Assembly (NCBI GenBank): GCA_043228905.1
Contig: JBHGNT010000011.1
Location: 2,852,001 to 2,916,000, forward strand
Origin: Azolla caroliniana
Taxonomy: Eukaryota; Plantae; Polypodiophyta
Reading direction: 5' to 3'
DNA length: 64,000 nucleotides
The position numbers and the translations under genes were made by a program. Below the pieces are notes generated by a model. The model was not told the origin of the DNA, did not search any database, and saw only the letters and a program-made list of their open reading frames with translations. Positions 1 to 11,494 of this stretch are shown piece by piece (position 1 is the first letter of the stretch; each line of letters begins with the position of its first letter).

Positions 1-3000
1 TCCATTATCATGTGACAATCCTGTTTGTGGCAATGGATTGAAGATTGTGAATACTAATTGTGATGGGGAAAACTATTGTGGCTATGGTTTCCAATATGGA
101 GATGAAAGTAGCACAACTGGATATCTAATTTCTGACAAATTCATGTATAACACTATCCAAGCAAACAGTTCACAGGACAATACAGATGCAAACATAATAT
201 TCGGGTGGGAGATGTTGTGTGTATATGTATTGTAAAAAAAACCAAAAACATCAATCTGATTTTGTTCTTTACTTTTTTTCTTTATGGATGTGATGCTTGC
301 AGCTGTGGATATAGTCAATCTGGTAACTTATTAACGGCACAAAATGTAGTGGATGGAATAATGGGTTTTGGTCAGAGCAAGTTATCCGTTATTTCTCAGC
401 TATATATGCAAGGGCTAATCCCCCGCGTCTTTGCTCATTGTTTACAAGGGTCGGAAAAAGGTGGTGGCATTCTTGTAATTGGAAATGTTGTGGATCGTGG
501 GTTTCCCTTCACTCCAATCATTTCTTCCCAGTGAGTTAATATGACGTCTCTAATTGTGCAAAACTGAGCTAATTGTTTTCTTGTTTCTTTAATCTTGCTT
601 CCAAAGATTAAAAATGAATTAACCTATTTCTTGGTAAAAATTTTAATTGCTTTTCTTGTTTGATTTGGTTGTGTTATGATATAGGACACATTACAATGTG
701 AAGATGAAAGGTATATCTGTAAATGGTGTACAAATGGAAGTCAAATCATCAGCCTATGATACTGCAGAAATAACTGAAGGCACCATTTTTGACAGTGGGA
801 CAACTCTTGCATACCTTGTGGAGCCACTTTACACTTCATTTGTAACTTCAGTATGTCACATGACTTCTTCATAACTAATTCTCTTTTTAAATATTATTAC
901 TAAGTTTTTAAACGTCTCAAATTGTATACACATTCTTTTTAGAAATTTATCATAGAAAGAGATTGTTTTTTATTCATTTAAGTGGTTGTGATATTGAAGA
1001 GGTTAACATTGAACAGTTGTAATCTTTGTGAGGTCGCACAGGCCATTATTTGAGTTTAGATGTTAATATAATTGATCTTACATTTCTTTTTTACCACTTT
1101 CTTCTTATGTTCAAGAAGATTATCAAAGGTGCACCTTCTGAGGCTTATCAGCTCCCACAACCTGGGAATACGTGTTTTGTTTATTCCGGAAGGTAATTTC
1201 TCCTTCATATCACAATGCATGTCTTATGTGTTTTATTTCTATGGATTTCTTCATTTGTGAAAAAAGCTGCAAGTTTACTTAGAATAAGTGTTAGAGACGG
1301 AAGCACACCATCTGGGGTCTCATTGAGCTGGGCTTGTGGACATGGTTGTGACGATCATGATTAAGAATAAGTCTTCGGATGTTTCCTCTGCGTGGTTATG
1401 AGCATGTGTGGCATGCTTCCTCTATGATGCTGCCAGTTGAGCTTTTTATGAGGTCATCCACTAAACGAACCTTTTCCCCTTCTAATACTCCCAGCGATGT
1501 GGTTTTCCAGTCAATTCAAAATAAGCTCATCGATGCTAGAGTCAGTGTGTTTGGGACCCTGTTGAGGAAACTATGGACTATGCATATTTTACCCCCCAAC
1601 AAGTTCTTCACTCTGAGTATCACACACTACTGCAATGCTCTTTGATGCCATAGACGGTGTTTTGGATTCTGACATGAGGAGGAGACTCATAAACTATGCA
1701 TATTTTTGTTTTGAACACAGTTCTGGAGTTTTGAGTGTCACACTCTACTCCAATCCTCCACCGTTGATCACATTCTGTTCTTGATTTCCCAACATTTTCA
1801 ACCTTGAGCTATCCCTGCAAACATCTGTCTCAGCCACTGTGCAATCTTGATTGTGACCTTCATTGATAAGATTCTTGATCATCGAGAATCACTTACCACC
1901 TCCGCATACTAGGTAAAACGTTTCATCCAGAGGCCATATTTTGACCTACAAGAATGATAATAAAATCTATCTGCATATATTTCAAGATATATGAACGATG
2001 GTGTTCCCATCATCCCCATCTTGAAACGTAATACCAATGTACTATCTTCCGAAGCATCTTTGAACTTGCTTCTTCATCCACCCTCACCTTATGTATGTGT
2101 AGACATGGCAAGAGGTTTTCATCTGTTTCTCCTCTTCGATGCCTTTGTTGGCACAATCAATGTCTTGTTTTTTAATGATGAAGATGACCTTCTTCAAACA
2201 ACCTTGCTCTATTCTTGTTTGACCTCATGGGCATCAATCATCATGTTCTTTTTTTCTGTTTCTTTTTTCTTACCCGTGACCTCAGACACAGAAGTGAAAT
2301 GCCAACATTTTTTTTCTATCTCCTACTAAATAGTCTTTCCATGCCTTATAATAGTTGATGAGGTTGAATGGTAAACATGTACATCGATGTCACTCACATG
2401 AAAAAACAAAAAAGCACAAGAATTTACATTTTGTGAGAAACGAAAAGTAATGCATAAAAATGTAAACAAGAAGAAGAATAAAAAGACACGGTAACTGTTT
2501 AAAACTTTTCCTTCTGCCATGTTAAAAGCAAGGGAATTTACATTTTGTGAGAAGCAAAAAGTAATGTATAAAAATGTAAACAAGATGAAGAATAAAAAGA
2601 CATGTGAAAGTGTTTAAAACTTTTCATTCCACCATGTTTTTTCGGCAGTGTGGATGATGCCTTCCCTGCAGTTACTCTCCATTTCGACGGAGCAGATATG
2701 AAACTTAAGGGCAGCCATTATCTCATCCAACAACAAGAAAGTGTAAGGCTTATTTATATTTATGACACATCTAACAGAACACACAACTCTTACTTAATAT
2801 CTTAATATACTTCACAAAAACTCACGCCCTGGGATAATGAAAATTCACTTTTCCAAGAGGTGAATTTTTTATTTTTTGTTAAGGTTTATGAGGAACATTA
2901 GCAATGGTGTTTTCCATATAATCCTCCAGTCGTCCATTAGCCTTCAATTTCCAACCATGTGTGGCGGATTATAATTATCTTCAGGTGAATATCCAAGTCT

Positions 3001-3499
3001 GGTGCATTGGATGGCATTCCATGGATTCCAGTACAACAGTTAGTAGTAGTAACTCAATATCGACAATATTTGGAGGTGAGATATCACTTTCTTAACTCAA
3101 CTTGGATAGATTCTCTCAATCAATTCATCTTTATGTTTATACTGATTTCATTGTCTTTGTAGATATGGTATTGAAGGACAAGCTCGTTGTATATGATCTC
3201 GAGAATCAACGAATAGGTTGGGTTGATTATGATTGTAAGTTATTATGATTCTAAAAATAATTCTTACTTTGAGTGAGAGATTGGGATATGCATGAGTTGA
3301 ATAACCAATGCTGTTGACCTTATTTTTCCAAGGTTCAATTCCGATCAATGTCTCGATAATGAATGGAAAGAGCCAACCTGTACATTCGGATCAACTGAAG
3401 AGCTCTGCATCATCATCGAAAATGAGCCCTTTCTCTCTTTCCTTGATTCTATTACTCTCTAGTATGAAAATGTATTTGAGATCACACATTTTATTATAG
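1..3499 (+). CDS. A1-family aspartic protease (A36/A39-like, probably GPI-anchored), 5'-truncated by window edge; exons <1-204, 303-530, 685-850, ~1119-1192, 2649-2742, 2985-3075, 3163-3234, 3333-3499
   Basis: Spliced frame reads [39 protein letters not shown], second catalytic motif [53 protein letters not shown], then a hydrophobic C-terminus. All junctions are GT-AG and phase-compatible. Confidence 0.93.
2405..2640. repeat. Diverged ~114-bp tandem duplication in aspartic protease intron
   Basis: gaatttacattttgtgagaa...aaaatgtaaacaaga...tgtttaaaacttttc occurs twice. Confidence 0.8.
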
Positions 3500-4829
3500 C
3501 ATATTATAGATGGTGTCATTTGACAATGAAGCCAATGACGAAACAGTAAGTGAAGGCTCATGCATTGATTAATGTTGAGCTGGAGCCCTATAGATGATGC
3601 CCCCACATTGAAGGTGCTCCTTGGTCTGCATATATACATACACATTCCAACATACACTTTAGGAAAATACAATGTAGAGAATTAGTTTTCTGACGAAAGG
3701 ACTACATATCATCATCCATCAATTAAGAAGTAGACATATTATCCTTGTACATATGAAATTGAAGTGGTTCATATACCAAGAAATGAAGTGGAGGTAACCC
3801 ATTGATTACTTGTTTATCTTCATTTTGGAAATTGAACCATCATCTTTGTCTTTTGTAAGAGTATTTAAGCATGTAGAGTCTTGATATGAAAAAAGGAGCA
3901 TCCAAATGCGAAGTTCGTAGTTTTGAGCAAACTTTGGGAGAATTGGAGTGGGAAGTGTATCATATTAATGAGTGGGAGTGTCATGAGGATTGCCTGCAAA
4001 GCATGCTACCAATGGACTACCAATCAAAGAAGTAATGGTAATTGCAAGACAAATATTGACGATCAAGATGGGTAACGCAAAGAAGCTACGCCAACGTGCA
4101 ACTTGCTATGAAGCATTTGATGAATGGATGTATTACAAAAGACTCAAAGGGAGATATCAAATGCATGTGGATGATTTTTGACGACCATATTGATTGTTAT
4201 GATAAGTGATGAAGATTGAGAGTAAATAAAGGAAATGTATATATGGATAAGTATTATGTTTGACACTAGGGAGATGGTCGATGCTCCACTAGGACCATAG
4301 TTGGTGGAGATGAGACAGAGTAGCAATAAGCAAGCCAAAGTGAATGCCTTCAACCTTTGTGGATAGTTGAGGATGAGGCTCCACTTCTTCGATGAGGCAT
4401 TCATATGTGATCAACGTGACTTCAATTTACCCCTCTAGCTCTTAAAGCAAGACTCACTAATTTCTTTAGTCGAGGTACACACACGGAACACGAACATGCA
4501 CACAACTATAGGAATGTTTACAATCTCATAAGTCATGTTTGAAACACACTTAATGTACTCCTCACCCATGTCATTGAAAGTACTATGAAAACATTGGCAT
4601 TGGTAAGAAAGGCTAAGTTCTTGATTTGTAACCCTCCCTCATGTACCTATATAACCCCACCATAGGGGACATGAATGATAGTAGAAGTTTTGCCTCTCAA
4701 TAATTGTGCATCTCTCTCTCTTCCTCACGGTCAACCCCCTTAGGAGGGGAGTGGAGCTCTTCTTGGCTCCACCCCCCACCCATCAACATGGCTTTTGTCC
4801 AAATCAATAGGCCAGATTGGCCAAAGCTA

Positions 4830-5215
4830 ATTTGGTGTCGAAGAGATTAGAAACGATCTGCTAGAAGACACTTGGTCATCAAATCTGCAACATTATCAAC
4901 TGTAGATATTTTCTCGAGGCCGATTTTTCCAGAAATGACATAGTCTCAAACAAAATGATATCTTACGTCGATGTGCTTCGAGGCGTAGTCATGGAATGGA
5001 TTTCGTGACAAAGCGAGGAACGCCCATTTGGTGTCGAAGAGATAGAAACGATTTGCTAGAAGACACTTGGTCATCAAATCTACGACATTATCGATTGTAG
5101 ATATTTTCTCGAGGCCGTTTTTTCCGGAAATGACATAGTCTCAAACAAAATGATATCTTACGTCGATGTGCTTCGATGCGTTGTCATGGACCGGATTTCG
5201 TGACCAAGCGAGGGC
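4830..5215. repeat. 196-bp tandem duplication of the host Copia RNase H end
   Basis: atttggtgtcgaagaga...tgatatcttacgtcgatgtgcttcg starts at 4830 and 5026 (KHIDVRYHF on the minus strand). Confidence 0.85.
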
Positions 5216-5790
5216 GCTTTGACTATCGTTGTAGACAACTAGAGCCGAATTAGAGTCGGCTTGTCAAAACGTGCGCGCCAGTCAACCAAGCCACAAAGCT
5301 TCCTTTGCCACGTTAGACGTGGCTATGTATTCAACTTCGGTGGTTGAGGTCGGCGTGCGCTCCTGGAGTTTCGGCTTCCAAGAGATTATGCCCTTGCCAA
5401 ATTTAAAGCAGTATCCGGTGGTCAATTTTCGGTTGTCCAAGCAACCGGCAAAGTCCGAGTCGGTGTAATTGACTATGCATGATGTCTCATTTGGGTCGAA
5501 TAGGATGTCATAGTCTTTTGTGCCCACCAGATATTTGAACAGATGCTTCATTGCGTTCCAATGCACTCGGTCGGGATTGTGCATGAATCTATTGATGACT
5601 CCTATAGCGTGGGCTAAGCCCGGTTGTGTTGTGACCATTGCATACATCAAGGAGCCAACAACCGGTGCATATGGTACCGTTTTCGTAGTTTCCCCCTCCG
5701 GGGCGGATGTCGAGCAGTTCTTCTAAGATAGCATAAGGCTAATTGGGATTGGGGTCGACACAAATTTGGTTGATTGCATGTTGAAGCATT
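5150..5790 (-). pseudogene. Host Copia RT C-terminus and RNase H remnant
   Basis: YAMVTTQPGLAHAIGV, YTDSDFAG, ISWKPKLQ, STTEVEYIA. Confidence 0.9.
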
Positions 5791-5795
5791 CTAAC

Positions 5796-5974
5796 TATTG
5801 GGATAACTAGTCCCTCCAGATGGGATGAGTTGGAGAGCCGATCAACTGAAAGCTTAATCGGATGTTGTCCGGTAGAAAGCCAAAAAATATCGATTTGGCC
5901 ATAGCTGATTAGAGGCTACATTTGTTGTAAAGAATCATGGTGATTCTATGAAGAGGAATATGTTAAAGATGTGT

Positions 5975-6040
<66 letters not shown>

Positions 6041-6730
6041 AGAGGAGAGGAGAGAAACACAAGCTAGATGAAAAATCGAAATACTCAAGAAAACTGTATA
6101 TTACAAAGAAGATTAACAAACACATTACAAAGTAGGAGGAGGGTGCTTTATATAGTCACCTTGTCTCTTCATTAACTACTGAAGCTCATCGGTCATGAGG
6201 AATGTGGAAACTCATTAGTTATGTGTCATAGAATATGATTCTATTACACATAGTTAATGCTACAAAAGTAGTGGTGACTTTTGACCTTTGAGTGTTCATT
6301 CACTCTCAAGGTGTGTTCACACACTAGACTAGGTTGAGCTTGATTCTCAACATTTGTAAATAGCCCATATTGTGTATGAGTATAAATACACCTAGGGCAA
6401 TCATTCTGATGTGTAGAGAGATTATTTGAGGGTAATCATTTTTGTATGTACAGAAAGTGTGAGCTAACTACTGAGTGTGAGTGTGAGTGTTATAACTGTT
6501 TGTAAGATGAAGTCAAGCTCCAGGTTGTGGCCCTAAGTATCCTGTATCTTCCTCTCTACTTAGTGATTCTATTTCGGAGTTTATGAGCTCCCGTGGTTTT
6601 TCCCATTGAGGGTTTTCCACGTTAAAATCTATGTGTCTCTGTGTCGGTGCTTTTCTGTCTTGAGTGCTTCAATTATTATCTTTCTCAGTCTTGCTTGACA
6701 ACTTGTTGTGGCTGGCCCCATATCACAACA
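5796..6730 (+). mobile_element. Solo LTR inserted in host RT
   Basis: Ends T(A)TTGGGATA...TATCACAACA; degenerate TSD ctaac/ttaag; host frame rejoins as YIGRVL|ECFNM; TATA tataaata and ccgtggtttttccc...gggttttccacgt motif shared with the 21752 solo LTR. Confidence 0.75.
5926..6352 (-). mobile_element. Solo LTR nested in the previous solo LTR; contains (TG)n(AG)n microsatellite
   Basis: TGTAAAGAATC...GATTCTCAACA inverted ends; perfect 5-bp TSD TTTGT. Confidence 0.85.
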
Positions 6731-7650
6731 TTAAGACACGTCCAATATAGTTGGCTTGAGACAAGAGACTAGATGTTCTTGGCTAGATGCTACGAGCCTT
6801 TCGGCTGCTCCATATAAAACTCCTCCTCTCGGTCACCATGGAGGAATGTCGTTTTAACATCTAGTTGTATCAGCTCCAAATCCTCGGTTGCCACGAAGTT
6901 AAGCACAAACCGCAAGGTTGTCATATTCACCACTGGTGAAAAGATTTCGTCGAAGTTGACATCGTATTCTTGTCGAAACCCTTTCACTACAAATCTGGCC
7001 TTGAAATTTGGGTTGGTGGAATCAAACATATCTTTTAATCTATAGACCCACTTGCATAGAATAACACGACGATTATTCGGTAGTTCGATCAAGTCCCAAG
7101 TTTTATTTTGTCAAATGGAGGTCGTCTTTGACTCCATCGCTAGATGCCATGTTGTTGAATCGGCTGCGTTGATGCTTCTTCATATGACGTCGGTTCGCCG
7201 GCATTCATGAAGAAGATTCCAGGGCAGGACCTCTCCGGAGGTTGCGACAGTCTTTTTTATCTTCTTGGTATGATTGGGCTAGCCAGATGGGATGTTTGAG
7301 TCAGATGGTCCGGAGGCAAAACATTTGGTTGTGCTAGTCAGCTGGAGCTGATTCGGTACTAGAGGATTTGGCTACCCGTGAGCCGACCTTGTGTTATGAG
7401 CTAGCCTGTCATGAAGGGTCGTCACTTCAAACTTCAATAGGCCTATCATCCGTCTTGTGCATGACTGACTTGTTGAAGACAACGTCCAAACTTCAGATGA
7501 TCTGTCTATTCTTTGAGTCGGTATCCGATTTCGTTGTCTGGTCCATAGCCAAGGAAAATGCATTTCCTTGACCTTGGATCGAGCTTTCGACGATTGTCTT
7601 TCGGCACGAGTGCATATGCCTTGCATCCGAAAATCCTCAGCTTGTCATAA
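6731..7650 (-). pseudogene. Host Copia RT N-half and integrase C-terminus remnant
   Basis: CKWVYRLK, FKARFVVKGFRQ, EIFSPVV, QLDVKTTFLHGD; LRIFGCKAYALVPKDNRRKLDPRSRKCIFLGY. Confidence 0.9.
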
Positions 7651-10600
7651 TGACCAAAGAGAGAGAATGAAACCCTAAACCTTCCTAGCTACTACCATGA
7701 TGACCAAACTAAAAGAAATGACAATGACTAAAGAGAGAGAGAATGAAACCCTAAACCTTCCTAACTACTACCATGATGACCAAACGAAAACCCTAAACGA
7801 AATAGGGATAAGATAAAGAAGAAATACAACCCTAATGGTCTACCCCAAAACAACAAAATGACGACCATTCAATGTGACCCCTCGCCCCCTTTTATAGTAG
7901 AAAGGGGTGAGGCTCATTACAAAAGGAGAGGCCAAATATTCCACTGTTTTCAAAGGGGAATATTTGCCTTGATCTAAGGAGGAGAGATTGATGGGGCCTT
8001 AAATCCCTCTCCTCTCACACACACACACTACCATGCCCATTACTCATTACACCCTTACTTCTATGCACTCTCTTTTCCCACGTGTGCATGTGCACCTAAG
8101 TGCACATCACATTTAGACTTTACGAACTTTTGGTGTACTTTAGCACCTTACATTTTACCTTTCCCTTTACATTTGTTTTATTATTCTTATTTACAAATTA
8201 CTAAGTGCATGTGCAATGTTCCACATCCTCGTTTTATTCGCTCCACCCGCTTTTCTCACCATAGCTGAAAATCCTCACGACATCCACCCCCACCAAATCG
8301 CACATCCATCGGTATGTGCCAAGAAAGGGGAAGAGGTGAGATTTTCGTAATGGTGATCAACCGGGTTCATTCGCGCCCTCGTCCGACTTCGTCTTCCACT
8401 TCGAGCACACCCAATCTTTCCACCCAAACCACCATAGCCGCCCGATCCACTGTATCCACCGTATCCACCGCATGTCCTCAAACCGTTGGCTCCATCCGAT
8501 CCACCATATTTGACACTCGCACCTTCCTCCCCGACCAGTTGTTGTAGACCTCTCCAACGATGACACCGATCCGATCGCTCTTCCTTTATCCACCTCACAT
8601 GTCCTCCGATTGGACTCCCGACCACTCCAACCGTGTGTCGGACACCATTCGTCATGCACCTCGTATGTGCCCCTCTCAACCTGACCGTCTCCTCGACCCA
8701 GGCACCTCTGCGTGCCATCTCCCTCCATTATGTGCTTTCCTTCTGAAGGCTCCACCCATACGTCGACGTCGACATCCTTCGAATATGTTTCTCGGTCCTT
8801 AAGTGACCACATTACACGCTTCTCGTTTCACCCTCGCTCGTGGTGTTCTGTCATGGTAGAGTGCACCACCATCCCAACATCCATGTCGGTGTTCTCCACT
8901 TCGGTGTCCTCCATCGCCTCCATCATCGTTGTCTTGTTTTCCCGACGAACACCTCTCGAATCCGCTCGGCCCACTTGGCCCTCGTAGCTCACCGTGGTGC
9001 TCTGGTCACCTCCTTCGGCACCCTCGTCCGTTTTAGCCTTCGACTCCACGTCGCCACCCTTTGTCTCTTCAGTCTTACGTTGATCCGCAACCTCTAAAGT
9101 CTCAATAATAGGTGCGGAGAGTTCCCCTCATTCTCAATTTTCCTCCGAGTCATAGTCATCGTGCCTGCTTGGCCTCCTCCTCATGCTCACTGGCTTCAAT
9201 CGGGTGTTGCGGCTCATTCGCCTTTATAAAAGTTAGTGTGCGGAAGCTTGACAAAACTGGTTTAGCCGGGGAGCAACAGAGAATAGAAAACATAGGTTCA
9301 ATGGAAGCTTGAGAATATTTAGCATACACAGGAGAGACAGAGAGAGAGCAGAACATAAAACTCTATTCTAAAATAATAATCCTCTGTGTATATAGAATGT
9401 GCTCAGAGAGAACTTTTATACAAGTCCATAAAGGACTGACAGGTACTTCAATGCTCATACGAGCGATTGTCACTGACTCCCAAAAATATGCCTACATACT
9501 AGGCTGGATCTGTAGGCCTCTAACGGCCTACCAATTTCAATCCGATCTGGCTCCTGGTTCCAGATATAATCCGGACACCGATCTGGCTCTGGCTTATTCA
9601 GCCGATCCGGATCCGGTTGAGCTTGCTCGCTCAACACCCTTGATCTCCGATTAGGCCGGAGTAGCCCTTTTTTGGATTAATTGAGGCCGATCAGTTCTTG
9701 ACTCGGTCAGCCTTCGACCGCATTCGCATTTGGCCGAATCGGGCTCAACAGATCGATTTCGACCGACTCGGCCTCCTTTTGGGTCAAGCTTGGCTGATTG
9801 GTTTCGACCGGCCGGGTCGGGCCTGATCGGTCAGCTCCCATTCAGTTCTTCTTCCGTCGGATTGTCTTCCATATATGTTAGATTACCAGCCGAATTGTCT
9901 CTCGGTCGGATCAGTTCCCAACTCCTCCTTCTTTGTCCCATACGGCCTCTCCATCAAACTACACCACGGCTTTTCCTTTGGCCTCCTCATAGGCCACCTC
10001 CTTCCCTACATGTATGTTGGCCTCGGGCCATGTCTCCACGCAGCCACCTCCCATCTCTCCGGCCTCATGTTGGCACTCGGGCACAACCGCCGAAGTCTTC
10101 GGAACCGATGTCGAGGGATCTCTTCTTCGTCCGCTACCAATTACCTCATTATCCTCGTCGCCGTCTCGGTCCTCCGCTTTTCCGTTGCCACCTTTCGTCT
10201 CTCCGGTCTCACGTTGGCACACGAGCACAACCACCGAAGTCTCTAGAACCAGTGTGGAGAAATCTTCGGCACCAGCAATCACCTACGACTCGTCCATAGC
10301 CACTTCCATTCAGATGCCGTTGTCCATGGCTATCTCTTCGTCTCCATATGTTTTCTCGTCCTCGATTATGCAGCCTCGACTATGCTTGCATCTCCTCCAC
10401 TCAATGTTTCAGACCACCGTGCCCAAAACCATCGGTCCTCTTCCGAACTGGCAATCGTCGCCTCCCTGATTCCAAACTTATCCTCGGTCAGTCTTCCTCC
10501 GCAAGTCAAGAGGGTGGTTTGCTCCACACCCTCTCTGATTGTATCGTCGTGCCGTTCTTCAGCCTCCTCATAGGCCCTATCCTTCGTCCCCAAGGAGGCG

Positions 10601-10800
10601 ACTTCCTCCTCGTCATCCGGTCCTCTCGAGCCCGACTCCATACTGGACCCTTCTTCGGCTTCGACCCGCATCTTCATAATCTTGTACGCCTCCCTTATCA
10701 ATGCTTCTATGTCGAGTACCACCGGACCATTCCGTGATGAGCTTCTTCGGTTATTCTTTCGTCGGATTGTCTTCCATCCGAGTGGTGCTCGACAAGAAGC
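7651..10800 (-). mobile_element. Foreign LTR-element 3' fragment (LTR-like 7651-8225 plus GC-rich internal region) replacing part of host integrase
   Basis: Minus strand has a purine tract (GGAGCGAATAAAACGAGGA) followed by TGTGGAAC at 8225, a TATA box at ~7895, and acidic low-complexity ORF fragments; host integrase stops abruptly on both sides. Confidence 0.5.
9225..9636 (-). mobile_element. Solo LTR of the element-2 subfamily
   Basis: Closely similar to LTRs 19419-19875 and 31427-31829; TSD gcctt/ccctt. Confidence 0.85.
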
Positions 10801-11489
10801 ATAGCCGGAAAAATCTAATGAATTCCTCTAATTTGAACTCTCCTCCATTGTCAGACCGTAAGCATTATGGCTTCTGGCTGGACTAGTTCTCCACCATGTC
10901 AAGCCATTCGAAAAAGATCGAGAAAACCCAATCTTTGGTTTTGGCCGGGTATGCCCACACCTTACGAGGCAAATCATCAATGAAACTGATGAAGCAGGAG
11001 CCGCCACCAAGAGACTAATGTGGCATCGGGCCACATACATCTGAATGGACCAAATCAAGTGGATTTCATTCTCTTGGTGCTACCGTCGAGTGCAAGGTTG
11101 CGACTTATTTGCCGTATTAACAGTGCTCACAGAACTGGTGGTCTGAAAAGGAGACTTTGGGGATGTATCTAGCTTTGGATAAATGTGTTATGTTGGCCTT
11201 ACTAAGGTGTTTGAGTCATCCATGCCATAGTGATGATACAGGGATATCAACCAGAAACAAGTCACCCTCTTTGAGTGTGACGTATAGCGGGTACAGAGAA
11301 TATACTGTTGGATCTCGAGCAAGCAGGAGCTTCCCCCTATGGAGTGTCCAACCTCTTGATGAGAAGTCAGCACGAATGTTGTCTTCATCAAGTTGTCCGA
11401 CTAAGATCAATGGTCATGAGAGCTCAAGAACGTGTCAGACATTATGTAGTACTAGCATAGAGCCACCAGGAAGGTTGAGCTCTATAATG
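10800..11489 (-). pseudogene. Host Copia GAG-pre-integrase and integrase core remnant
   Basis: SSLWHG, DLVHSDVCGPMP, FIDD, CLRSDNGGEF with frameshifts and stops. Confidence 0.85.
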
Positions 11490-11494
11490 CATTC

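Noticed and set aside
1280-2350. Intronic ORFs 1379-1645 and 1991-2329, and a short segment flanked by agaataagt
   Set aside because: No recognisable domain or element termini; probably decayed TE sequence but not supportable.
3900-4800. Candidate 3' LTR of the host Copia
   Set aside because: No visible similarity to the putative 5' LTR at 37481-38122.
7670-7800. AAACCCTAAA motifs, also in element-4 LTRs
   Set aside because: Single telo-box-like motifs common in LTRs, not tandem telomeric arrays.
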